Shown: piece by piece, positions 9,084 to 17,126 of the stretch
How positions within the stretch are numbered: position 1 is the stretch's first letter
Layout: every line of letters begins with the position of its first letter
Assembly (NCBI RefSeq): GCF_000020025.1
Contig: NC_010628.1
Location: 6,180,001 to 6,212,000 of the forward strand
Length of the DNA: 32,000 bases
From: Nostoc punctiforme PCC 73102
Lineage (GTDB): Bacteria; Cyanobacteriota; Cyanobacteriia; Cyanobacteriales; Nostocaceae
Direction: 5' to 3'
Notes under the pieces: model-generated
The model's input: only the letters and a program-made list of their open reading frames with translations
What the model was told of the DNA's origin: nothing
Databases searched by the model: none
Position numbers and translations under genes: made by a program

Positions 9084-10556
9084 ATGGCTAACCTAGAAAT
9101 ACTTGTTAGCGAATTGCCAACACTAATTCAGAATCTAAAACTGACTATTGGCGATTCTAATAAAATCATGGAACAAATTATCTCAATCAATAATGCTCAA
9201 GAACAACTACGAAATATTAAAAAATTAATTGCTCAGGAATTGAGATTGGAGAGCGTCAAAAATTCTGCGATCGCTACACTTCCTCGAATAGATACTGTAG
9301 CTAGTTTGTTTCTACCTAGTGTTGGATTAGTAGATCCAGCGATCGCAGAAAAATTTGGACATTCAAAAACTAAAATCTCATTAACTGATTTACAATCCAA
9401 AATCGATGACTGGATAGAATGGGGTTATTTTTTGCAAGCAATAGCTGCTGATATTCTCAGTGATGATAGTTTAGTCAATCAATTAAATTCTAATATTAAT
9501 CATCTCAGCTTGTTTGCAAAATTTCAGGTAATTTCTGAAAATTTAAAAATTAACTTAGTCTTTGAAAAATCTCATATTTTAGAAAACCAAATTCAAAAAA
9601 TTAATAATTACCAAAATGAATTATTACAATTAAAACAGAAGTTAAATTATGTTTTTAATACTATTAAAAATAGTCGTAGCTTATTAAATATTTTACTAGG
9701 AGTGTCTGCTTTTTGTGGAAAATCTGGCTTTGCCTTAGAATGGTTAGATGATGACCACGAATTAATTATATCCAGTGACAGTAAATTTCAAGAATTGACC
9801 GATATTCTTAATGATTGCGATTGTCTTCAAGAACAAATTGCTGTTTTAATTATTCAGGGTGACACTTTAAGGGAACAGGCAGAACAAGCCCTCAAAAAGA
9901 TAGAACAAGAAAATCATAATAAAGCAACTATTAGCCAGCATGTAAAAATATTACCAAAGTTTTTGACACCCAAGATAGTACGTTCGGTTTTGATCGTAGT
10001 CTCAAGTTTAGTAGTCTTGGGTTTTGGTAGCTGGAAAATTAAAGAACAAAGTCTCCAATGGCAGCAGATGAATCTAAGTTTAACTCAAGAAGCAAGTGCG
10101 AATGCTAAGTTTAAATCTGCTCAAAAATTCGGTATGGAGGCTGCTTCTCTAGTTCAAAAACCACCACATCCTCTAAAAGTCTGGCAACAAGCAGAAACTA
10201 AATGGCATCAGGCAATAATCTTATTAGATAGTATTTCTCATAAAACATCCGTTTATGACAGGGCAAAGAAGAAATTAGCTTACTATCAGATTAACTATAA
10301 ATCTATTAGTCAAAGAATCTTAGTAGAAAAGAAAGCTTTAGCAAACTTAGAATCAGCCCAAAAACTAGCAATAGAAGCTAATTTTTTTGCAAATAGTTCA
10401 CCTTATTCGCTACTATTTCGGCAACAAGCACAATATAAATGGGTGCAAGCAATCAATTTATTACAAGCTATTCCAGAGAGTACATCTGTCTCTGTACAAG
10501 CGAAAGAAATGCTTACTATGTATAAAAATAATTATGCCGCTATCAGTCAAATATAG
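9084..10556 (+). CDS. Orphan hypothetical protein: N-terminal coiled-coil-like region, one TM helix, two C-terminal tandem repeats of about 75 aa
   Basis: A 490-aa ORF, visibly AT-rich, with AAGAGG 6 nt upstream of the ATG. The TM segment is VLIVVSSLVVLGFGSW. The C-terminal module is duplicated (SAQKFGMEAA..P..WQQAETKWHQAIILLDSI...TSVYDRAKKKLAYYQINYKSISQ versus SAQKLAIEAN..P..RQQAQYKWVQAINLLQAI...TSVSVQAKEMLTMYKNNYAAISQ). No family recognised. Confidence 0.7.
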   Translation: MANLEILVSELPTLIQNLKLTIGDSNKIMEQIISINNAQEQLRNIKKLIAQELRLESVKNSAIATLPRIDTVASLFLPSVGLVDPAIAEKFGHSKTKISLTDLQSKIDDWIEWGYFLQAIAADILSDDSLVNQLNSNINHLSLFAKFQVISENLKINLVFEKSHILENQIQKINNYQNELLQLKQKLNYVFNTIKNSRSLLNILLGVSAFCGKSGFALEWLDDDHELIISSDSKFQELTDILNDCDCLQEQIAVLIIQGDTLREQAEQALKKIEQENHNKATISQHVKILPKFLTPKIVRSVLIVVSSLVVLGFGSWKIKEQSLQWQQMNLSLTQEASANAKFKSAQKFGMEAASLVQKPPHPLKVWQQAETKWHQAIILLDSISHKTSVYDRAKKKLAYYQINYKSISQRILVEKKALANLESAQKLAIEANFFANSSPYSLLFRQQAQYKWVQAINLLQAIPESTSVSVQAKEMLTMYKNNYAAISQI

Positions 10557-10819
10557 CAGTCCTAACTAAATAATTCGTAGAGAATTAGATACCGCAAGTT
10601 TTCACAAATGAGATAGTATTGTTATATGTCAATACAGTTGAGTTAAAAAGAATAGTAGTATATCAACCTTAAAATATTGGGTTCAAAAAATCTAGCAAGT
10701 CACAAACAAAACTATTTTATGATTACTCAACCAAACTTACGCCAGTTTTAGTTTTTACCCTTAACCTAAGCGTATTGTGTTATGTGTTGGTTCTCGTTCA
10801 GATAAGATATATTCTTAAA

Positions 10820-10925
10820 AACCAATACAGTTCAGATAAGACCAAAACACTTGTAGAGACGGCAATTTATCGCGTCTAAAAACCCACGATTTTGTACAAT
10901 TAGCTTAACTGAACTGTATTGGGTT
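10820..10925. repeat. MITE-like element with terminal inverted repeats
   Basis: AACCAATACAGTTCAG (10820-10835) pairs with CTGAACTGTATTGGGTT (10909-10925). The interior carries GTAGAGACGGCAATTTATCGCGTCTA, a small hairpin motif with a relative at 20975-21005. A third half-site, CAATACAGTTGAGTTAA, lies at about 10630. Confidence 0.65.
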
Positions 10926-10986
10926 ATAACCTACTTTCTTTTTGACTAATGTTTGCGTAAATCCTATATGTGAGAACAACCTAGCT

Positions 10987-11035
10987 TAAAAAAATAAAGA
11001 GGCAAATCGCCATCTTGTGACGCATTACCTCTCTT
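10987..11035 (-). terminator. Candidate rho-independent terminator downstream of map
   Basis: The minus strand reads AGAGGTAATGCG ... CGATTTGCCTCT followed by TTATTTTTTT. The stem is imperfect (clean 5-bp GC-containing base, partial extension). Confidence 0.4.
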
Positions 11036-11060
11036 AACAACAGATAATTACAACTAACAA

Positions 11061-11888
11061 TTACACCTTAGAACGGTCAGTCAAAATCTCATAACCCGTG
11101 TCTGTAACTAACACTGTATGCTCAAACTGAGCCGATAAAGAATTATCCACGGTGACTGCTGTCCAACGGTCAGATAATGTCCGGGTGTGTCTAGAACCCG
11201 CATTTAAAATTGGCTCAATTGCTAGCGTCATCCCCGCACGGAGTTTAACATTTGGCATCTCGCGGGTACGATAGTTGAAAACTGAAGGTTCTTCGTGCAA
11301 GTTACGACCAACGCCGTGTCCAGTGAACTCTTCAACTATACTAAAGCCGTTAGCTTTCACATGGTCTTCAATTGCTCCAGCTAAGTCAAGCAGGTATACA
11401 CCAGCCTTTACTTGTTCAATGCCCTTAAATAAAGCTTCTTCTGCTACGCGAATTAATTTAGCAGCTTCTTCTGTCACTTCACCGACAGCAATTGAAATGC
11501 AAGAATCACCATGAAAGCCTTGGTAATAAGCGCCAGTATCTACTTTTAATACATCCCCTACGCGAATCACTTTTTTAGGGCTAGGAATGCCATGCACTGC
11601 TTCATTATTAATGCTGGAGCAGATAGAACCAGGAAAACCGTGATATCCTTTAAAACTCGGTGTTGCACCCATTTCGCGGATGCGTTTTTCTGCGTGAGCG
11701 TCCAAATCAGCCGTCGTCATTCCTGGCTTTACTAACTCGGAAATCTCTTTTAAGACAGTTGCCACAATTGCCGATGATTTCCGCATGATTTCAATTTCAC
11801 GCGGCGATTTAATTTCAATTCCTCGGCGTTGTTTTTTCGCAGGTGTAGGCTGAGTCGCTTGAGAAAGTAAGTTACTGAAAATGTTCAT
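11061..11888 (-). CDS. map: Type I methionine aminopeptidase
   Basis: A 275-aa ORF with the pita-bread-fold metal-ligand context ([33 protein letters not shown]). Confidence 0.95.
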   Translation of the reverse strand: MNIFSNLLSQATQPTPAKKQRRGIEIKSPREIEIMRKSSAIVATVLKEISELVKPGMTTADLDAHAEKRIREMGATPSFKGYHGFPGSICSSINNEAVHGIPSPKKVIRVGDVLKVDTGAYYQGFHGDSCISIAVGEVTEEAAKLIRVAEEALFKGIEQVKAGVYLLDLAGAIEDHVKANGFSIVEEFTGHGVGRNLHEEPSVFNYRTREMPNVKLRAGMTLAIEPILNAGSRHTRTLSDRWTAVTVDNSLSAQFEHTVLVTDTGYEILTDRSKV

Positions 11889-12167
11889 GGGAAATTAATA
11901 ATTACTGGTGGCTTTGCCGATGAAGTATGAATGCTTTCTCTAGATTACTTGAGAAATAATATCTATAATTTAAGCTATTTCAATCCCTGATAAGGATTAT
12001 TGCAGTTTAGTCACTAATGTATACATAATAACATATTCACTTACTCTTAATATTTTAGACTTCAAACAAAATCGCCCTAACTTATTTTTGCTCCTCACTA
12101 TAGGATTTAGCTCAATTATCTTTAATTGAAACACTAGATGGCTATTAAATACTGAGTCGAATAATTT

Positions 12168-12692
12168 TTAATTACTAATGGCAATTTCTCCAGTCATACC
12201 TGCTTCTGTATGTCCTGGTATTGAACAACGTAAGCCATAAGTTCCAGATTTTAAGGGCACAAATACCCATTCTGCCTCAGCACCTGGCTTGAGTTCCAGT
12301 TCGTGAATAGCTCCTTTAATTTCTACTTTGCCTGCTTGGACTTTTTGTGTCCAGATGCCATCGGCAAAGTCTTTAGCAGTAAAATAATGCTTCAGTTGGC
12401 TGGGATTGGTAAGCCGGAGTTGATAGCGTTTGCCAGCCTCAAATTCTAGATGATTTGGCTCAAATTTGAGTTCGTTAGCCAAATTACCCAAGCTAATTGT
12501 AATTTCTGTAGCTGGTTGCTTAAGCAAATCACCAGACAAGTTTGCCGCCATTGCTGGAGTCGCAGCGATGAAATTTAAACTTAGGAGCAACGCTAATATT
12601 ACGTACTTCTGCCGTAATATTTGCAGCCAAGCAATATTTGGAAAAGTCAGAGATGTAATTACAATTTGGTATAAATGGTTGTAAATTTTCAT
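12168..12692 (-). CDS. Cupredoxin-domain (type 1 blue copper-like) secreted protein
   Basis: It has a signal-like segment ending AATPAMA-AN and a candidate T1Cu ligand set: His in LKHYF, then C-SIPG-H-TEAG-M near the C-terminus (azurin-like Cys-x4-His-x4-Met spacing). The N-terminal 25 or so residues of the called ORF may be an over-extension. Confidence 0.8.
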   Translation of the reverse strand: MKIYNHLYQIVITSLTFPNIAWLQILRQKYVILALLLSLNFIAATPAMAANLSGDLLKQPATEITISLGNLANELKFEPNHLEFEAGKRYQLRLTNPSQLKHYFTAKDFADGIWTQKVQAGKVEIKGAIHELELKPGAEAEWVFVPLKSGTYGLRCSIPGHTEAGMTGEIAISN

Positions 12693-12793
12693 TGGTAGTT
12701 CTCAAAAGGCAATGCTGATGATCAGGAACAATTTATAGGTAGCGGGAAAAACCGCTTTACCTATTCTTTATTATCCATGCCCAGCGCCCATCT

Positions 12794-15706
12794 CTACCTA
12801 ATGCTTTTCTCTGCTAACACAGATGGCCCAGCAGTAACGACTACGATTTGATCTGGGTGGAGTAATTCACGAGCCGCTTGATTAACTTGCTCAAAGGTGA
12901 CTTTCTGGAGTTTGTCAGTAAAGGTGTGCAATTCTACTTTATCTAGTCCATACACCTCATTCATCAGAATTCTGTCTGTTAATTCTTCTGGGTTTGCCAG
13001 GGAAACGTTGTAGTTGCTGATGAGGGTGCGTTTAGCTGTTTCTACTTCTAGTGCGGTGACACCTTGTTGATGGATTTGCTGTAGTATTTGGCGAGTACTA
13101 GCGATCGCTTGACTAGTATCTTCTGGACTAGTTTGCATTTCTATCAAAAATGTGCCTGTACTCTTCCCAGCTTGGAAGTAGCTATAAATTCCATAGCTCA
13201 AACCTTGGCGATCGCGTACTTCTGCACCCAGTCTACTAGATAAAGTATCGCCTCCCAAAATCTGGTTTAATACTAAGGCTGCGTGAAACCGAGGATCGTA
13301 ACGCTTAATACCTGTGTAACCCATATATGTCACAGCTTGGGCTTTACCTGGTAAAACTGTGTTGACACTCACTATTCTCTCCGGCATTGATACTGGAGGA
13401 TATTTTAATGTGGGTGCTTGGCCGCTAACTTCCCAGTTACCAAACTCATTTTGAATGAGCGATCGCACTTTGTCTAGATCAAAATCTCCCACCAGCGCCA
13501 ATACTGTCGTGTCTGGACGATAATGTTTAGCTTTGAAATCGATCGCATCCTGGCGTTGAATCTGCTGTAAACTCTCCTCTGTGGGAAAAGTATGTAGAGG
13601 ATGTTTTTTCGGGTAAATTGACTGCACAAATATTCTTCTGGCTACTTCTGCTGGCTCATCTAATTCCAGTTGCAGATCGGTTAAAATTTGTTGGCGATGT
13701 AATTCCAATTCTTGTGCGGGAAAGGTACTATTTTTAAGAACATCTGCCAATATCTCCAAAATTATTGGCAAATCCCCTGCTAAACTATCACCCTCGATAT
13801 GTACACCTTCACGATGTACTTCAAAGTTTAGACTCGCCCCTCGTTCTGCCAATATTTTGGCAATATTTAAGACATCTTTGCTCTTAGTACCATTTAGCAA
13901 ATTATCTGCCACAAAAGCAGCCAATCCGGCTCGATCGTCTGGATCAAATTCTGTACCGGCTTGAATGTAGCCGCTTAGAGTAACGGTGGGAGTACTATTA
14001 TCGGGTAACAGTAATATCCGCAGTCCGTTGGTAAGTTTAAATTTTTGTGGTAAAACTTGAGCAATCGCATCTGTAGCCAAATCCACAGGTGGTAAGTATT
14101 TCACTACCTCAGAAGGAAGCACAGGCACGCCAGGAGAGAAATTTTCTGTAGTTTGGGCTGAGTCTGGTTTATCGCCAACCCCTGCTATCTGCTTTTGAGT
14201 TGGTTCAAAAAAGCCTACTCTTCGGGCTTTTTTTGTGAGGTATTTGTTAATCACAGCGACAACATCCGTCGGCTTCACCAGACGAACAGCAGCCAAATAG
14301 CGGTCAGTATAGCGATAATCACCAACAGTTGTCTCATCATTGCCCAATCGCATTGCTTGAGAGGTGATATCACGGTTACTCAAAATCACATCTGCTGTTA
14401 ATTGGGTTTTGGCTCGTTCTACTTCCTCAGTTGTCACGCCTTTTTCTGCTACATTTGCGATCGCGCGACTCAACACTGAGTCAATTTTTTTCAAATCTTT
14501 TTTAGATCCAGCCGTCACCAAAATCTCATACCAGCCAGATTCTCGCAAACTGGTAACAGATGCTGTAACTTCACTAGCTAAACCTGATTCCACCAATGCT
14601 TGATAAAGTCTAGAATTCCGTCCTTCTGTAAAAATGTAATCCATCACATCCAACGCCGGCACATCTGGTTGATTTGCATCTGGTAGCGGATAAACAACTT
14701 GTAATAGTCGCCCTGCTCCCGGTTCTCGCAACACTATAGGAGATGAAGAAGATGACGAAGAAATAACTCCTACCTCCTGCCCCCTGCCTTCTGCCCCCTG
14801 CCTCCTACCTTCTGCCGACGCTCGCGGACTCGCTACCGCTTCGCTATCCTGCCTTCTGCCTTCTACCTCCTGCCTCCTGCCCCCTGCCCCCTGCCTTTTT
14901 GGTAATTTGCCAAACACCTCTTTAATTATTTCGAGGGTATTCGCGGTTTGAAAATCTCCAACAATCACTAAGACAGCATTATCGGGACTGTAAAAATTAC
15001 GGTAATATTTCTGTACTTGCTCAACTTCAAATTTTTCGACATCAGCTTTGGTACCACCTACAGGCAAACCATAAGCATGATTAGGAAACACTGCCTGCAT
15101 AACGGCGCGGTTGAGGCGATATTCTGGACTATTTTCGTAACCTTGTAACTCAGAAATTACTACTCTTTTTTCACTCGCTAGTTGTTCTGGCTCAATCTGA
15201 GAATTTTGCATTCTATCTGCTTCCAGCACTAAGAGCGCTTTTAGCTTGTTGCGCTCCACAGTACCGTAATATGCAGTTTGGTCATAGCTGGTGAAAGCAT
15301 TGGAATCACTACCTAAAGCACTAAACAAACGCCCAAATTGAATCGGACGATTTTTCGTGCCTTTAAACATCAGGTGTTCCAATTGGTGGGCAATGCCATT
15401 CACCCCTGGTTCTTCGTTGCGTGAGCCAACCTTGTACCACACCTGCACCGTCACCACTGGCGCAGTATGCACTTCCTTTGTTAGGACAGTTAGACCATTC
15501 TCCAGCACTGTCTTACGGACGTTTTCTGTCAGTGTTGAGGGCATTATTCTTTTTACTAGCAAGGTTGACTGGGATTTTTCTTTGTTAGATATGGCTGTAT
15601 GTTGGCTATTCGCAGGTTGATCGCTCAACAAAAAAACCGCTACTAGCCATAAGCTTAAAATTAATAACGGCAAGGAGTATTTATAAAATCTAGACAAACC
15701 ATACAT
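12794..15706 (-). CDS. M16 (pitrilysin/insulinase) family zinc peptidase, fused two-unit form with N-terminal signal/anchor
   Basis: A 970-aa ORF. The first unit carries the inverted zinc motif HQLEHLMFKGT. The second unit (from about aa 540) has AAFVADNLLNGT at the equivalent place, so it is probably non-catalytic. The N-terminus has the hydrophobic segment SLPLLILSLWLVAVFLL. Confidence 0.9.
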   Translation of the reverse strand: MYGLSRFYKYSLPLLILSLWLVAVFLLSDQPANSQHTAISNKEKSQSTLLVKRIMPSTLTENVRKTVLENGLTVLTKEVHTAPVVTVQVWYKVGSRNEEPGVNGIAHQLEHLMFKGTKNRPIQFGRLFSALGSDSNAFTSYDQTAYYGTVERNKLKALLVLEADRMQNSQIEPEQLASEKRVVISELQGYENSPEYRLNRAVMQAVFPNHAYGLPVGGTKADVEKFEVEQVQKYYRNFYSPDNAVLVIVGDFQTANTLEIIKEVFGKLPKRQGAGGRRQEVEGRRQDSEAVASPRASAEGRRQGAEGRGQEVGVISSSSSSSPIVLREPGAGRLLQVVYPLPDANQPDVPALDVMDYIFTEGRNSRLYQALVESGLASEVTASVTSLRESGWYEILVTAGSKKDLKKIDSVLSRAIANVAEKGVTTEEVERAKTQLTADVILSNRDITSQAMRLGNDETTVGDYRYTDRYLAAVRLVKPTDVVAVINKYLTKKARRVGFFEPTQKQIAGVGDKPDSAQTTENFSPGVPVLPSEVVKYLPPVDLATDAIAQVLPQKFKLTNGLRILLLPDNSTPTVTLSGYIQAGTEFDPDDRAGLAAFVADNLLNGTKSKDVLNIAKILAERGASLNFEVHREGVHIEGDSLAGDLPIILEILADVLKNSTFPAQELELHRQQILTDLQLELDEPAEVARRIFVQSIYPKKHPLHTFPTEESLQQIQRQDAIDFKAKHYRPDTTVLALVGDFDLDKVRSLIQNEFGNWEVSGQAPTLKYPPVSMPERIVSVNTVLPGKAQAVTYMGYTGIKRYDPRFHAALVLNQILGGDTLSSRLGAEVRDRQGLSYGIYSYFQAGKSTGTFLIEMQTSPEDTSQAIASTRQILQQIHQQGVTALEVETAKRTLISNYNVSLANPEELTDRILMNEVYGLDKVELHTFTDKLQKVTFEQVNQAARELLHPDQIVVVTAGPSVLAEKSIR
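14767..14896. repeat. CCCCTGC-type heptamer array interrupted by a short unique insert of about 30 nt, lying inside the M16 peptidase CDS
   Basis: The plus strand reads CTCCTGC CCCCTGC CTTCTGC CCCCTGC CTCCTAC CTTCTGC C-GACGCTCGCGGACTCGCTACCGCTTCGCTAT-CCTGCCT TCTGCCT TCTACCT CCTGCCT CCTGCCC CCTGCCC CCTGCCT. It is translated (minus strand) as RQGAGGRRQEVEGRRQDSEAVASPRASAEGRRQGAEGRGQEVG. The same heptamer family fills the intergenic spacers at 17655-17710, 18190-18264, 28631-28680 and 31301-31339. Confidence 0.8.
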
Positions 15707-15724
15707 CTACTTAGGAAATATATC

Positions 15725-15740
15725 TGTAAATTAATTTACA
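15725..15740. promoter_or_regulatory. Perfect 16-bp palindrome TGTAAATTAATTTACA (TGTA-N8-TACA, NtcA / CRP-family operator geometry) upstream of the M16 peptidase
   Basis: Read directly from the sequence. It lies 19-34 nt upstream of the M16 start codon (15706, minus strand). It matches the GTA-N8-TAC consensus known for NtcA, with the extended T...A flanks. Confidence 0.35.
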
Positions 15741-15848
15741 TAATTATTTTGGTCAGTGACCAGAGTTTAATGTGGCAAAAAAATCTGTTACCTCGGCAAC
15801 AATACAGAAAAACAATATATTAGCAATAAAGGTAATAAAAAAGCTAAA

Positions 15849-16295
15849 TTATGGCAGTTTTGCTAAAACTCGAATGAATTCCAGAGGTAAACCATCTGTA
15901 TCGGCGATGAAAGCCACTTCGTAAATGCGATCGCCTATTTGCTGTTGTGTCGGTTCTAAAAGTACCTTCAATGGTTGTAATTCTTCGGTTTGACTCTCAG
16001 CCACCGCAATTAACATACGTTCTTGTAAATTTGTCAACCAGCTAGGTAAATCTGGTGTAATCTCAGTTAAATCGAACGAGAGGTGATAATACCCGACATA
16101 ATGCTCGTCAGCAAAGGCATCTGGGGCTGGCTTTGGTTCGGGAATTTGGATCAGTTCAATTCTGCCACCCAATCCTTCCATCCAGCAAGCTAGCGTGTAG
16201 CCTGTAGTAAAGCGTTCCGAAATTGTAAATCCTAAATGTTCGTAGAAAGCGATCGCCCGATGAATATTCGCAGTCCGAATAGAAGCGTGGTGCAT
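15849..16295 (-). CDS. VOC (glyoxalase / bleomycin resistance / dioxygenase) family protein
   Basis: A 148-aa ORF. The N-terminal MHHASIRTANIHRAIAFYEHLGF and later YHLSF / EFI segments fit the paired beta-alpha-beta-beta-beta VOC fold with metal-ligand His/Glu positions. Confidence 0.8.
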   Translation of the reverse strand: MHHASIRTANIHRAIAFYEHLGFTISERFTTGYTLACWMEGLGGRIELIQIPEPKPAPDAFADEHYVGYYHLSFDLTEITPDLPSWLTNLQERMLIAVAESQTEELQPLKVLLEPTQQQIGDRIYEVAFIADTDGLPLEFIRVLAKLP

Positions 16296-16301
16296 ATTAA
16301 T

Positions 16302-16373
16302 CCTTAGTCCTTAGCCCTTAGTCATTTGTCTTTTGTTATTCACTAATGACAAATGACCAATGACTAATGACCA
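16302..16373. repeat. Heptamer-repeat hairpin element filling the spacer between two co-oriented genes
   Basis: CCTTAGT CCTTAGC CCTTAGT CATTTGT CTTTTGT TATTCAC TAATGAC AAATGAC CAATGAC TAATGAC. The left and right halves are imperfect reverse complements (GTCATTTGTC / GACAAATGAC). Confidence 0.85.
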
Positions 16374-16886
16374 TTACTCAAACAACCTGAAATAAGGGTA
16401 GCGTACAGGGACACCAGGCTCTTTTTCCAAGTCAAAATTAATCACTTCCCAACAGGGATCTTCTGAGGTATCGGGGCTAAACTCTACGGGTAAGCCGTAT
16501 AGCCGAGCAGCGGTAACTTCTGGTTGTCCAGAACGCCAAGGTGTACTGCGTTCTAAATAGCCACTCATCAATTCCTGATAGCGGCGAGCAATAATCACTT
16601 TTGTGGCTCGATAACCTTGGGTATAGAGCTTATCTAATGCTTCGTGAATTTCAAACCGAATACCATCAGGATGAGTATGCTGCCTATACCATTCATTATT
16701 CCACCTCCGCCAATGACGGCCTGATTGCAAATGGATTAACTCTCCATTTTGAGGATTAGCTTCAAAAGCGCCATGACGCGGACACAAATAGGTATCTGTT
16801 AATGTCAGCGCCGGAATAGTCTGGCGACAATGGGGACACTGTATTTCCGGCCCAAACATCGGGTACTGAAAGCCTGGATTCATCAT
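16374..16886 (-). CDS. Conserved cyanobacterial hypothetical protein with N-terminal zinc-ribbon-like motif (from memory TIGR02652 / DUF2396-type; unverified)
   Basis: A 170-aa ORF with CPHC-x17-CPRH near the N-terminus and Trp/Arg-rich conserved-looking blocks (HWRRWNNEWYRQHTHPDG). No function inferable. Confidence 0.75.
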   Translation of the reverse strand: MMNPGFQYPMFGPEIQCPHCRQTIPALTLTDTYLCPRHGAFEANPQNGELIHLQSGRHWRRWNNEWYRQHTHPDGIRFEIHEALDKLYTQGYRATKVIIARRYQELMSGYLERSTPWRSGQPEVTAARLYGLPVEFSPDTSEDPCWEVINFDLEKEPGVPVRYPYFRLFE

Positions 16887-17126
16887 GAAGTGCGTACAAA
16901 CATAATTTTGTCTTCACCAGCACTAGTGGATTGGATTATACACTTCGGCTCTACCACTTTGGGTTACTTGTTGACTGCTGCACAGACATAGAGTTGTAGC
17001 AGTAACATTGTTTACTAGTGTTTTCCTCAGCGTAGAGGCTTGACGCTGTGATATCCTGGTCGTGCAACCAGCCTCAAAGGTTGGAGTTTCTCCAGTGTTC
17101 CTTGGTACCATTATTCATATTCTATC

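Noticed and set aside
10387-10569. 60-aa plus-strand ORF overlapping the 3' end of the orphan gene in another frame
   Set aside because: It is an out-of-frame overlap within an AT-rich gene, where stop-free stretches are not unexpected. There is no RBS.
12086-12100. GCTCCTCACTAT, resembling the unpaired ACUCCUCACAC motif of the cyanobacterial sRNA Yfr1
   Set aside because: The match is incomplete, and the flanking sequence lacks the two stem-loops that bracket the motif in Yfr1.
14195-15620. Plus-strand ORFs 14195..14401, 14364..14603 and 15357..15620 antisense to the M16 peptidase
   Set aside because: They are shadow ORFs opposite a 970-aa CDS with an HxxEH motif.
17002-17015. GTA-N8-TAC (AGTAACATTGTTTACT), a possible NtcA site between the divergent genes
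   Set aside because: Only the minimal 6-position motif is present, without the TGTA/TACA extension. That is expected several times by chance in 32 kb. I could not find a properly spaced TAN3T -10 box downstream on the plus strand.
16923-17111. 62-aa minus-strand ORF in the divergent promoter region upstream of the gamma-CA-like gene
   Set aside because: It is short with no RBS and fills an intergenic promoter region. The translation (Thr/Gln/Ser-rich) has no recognisable feature.
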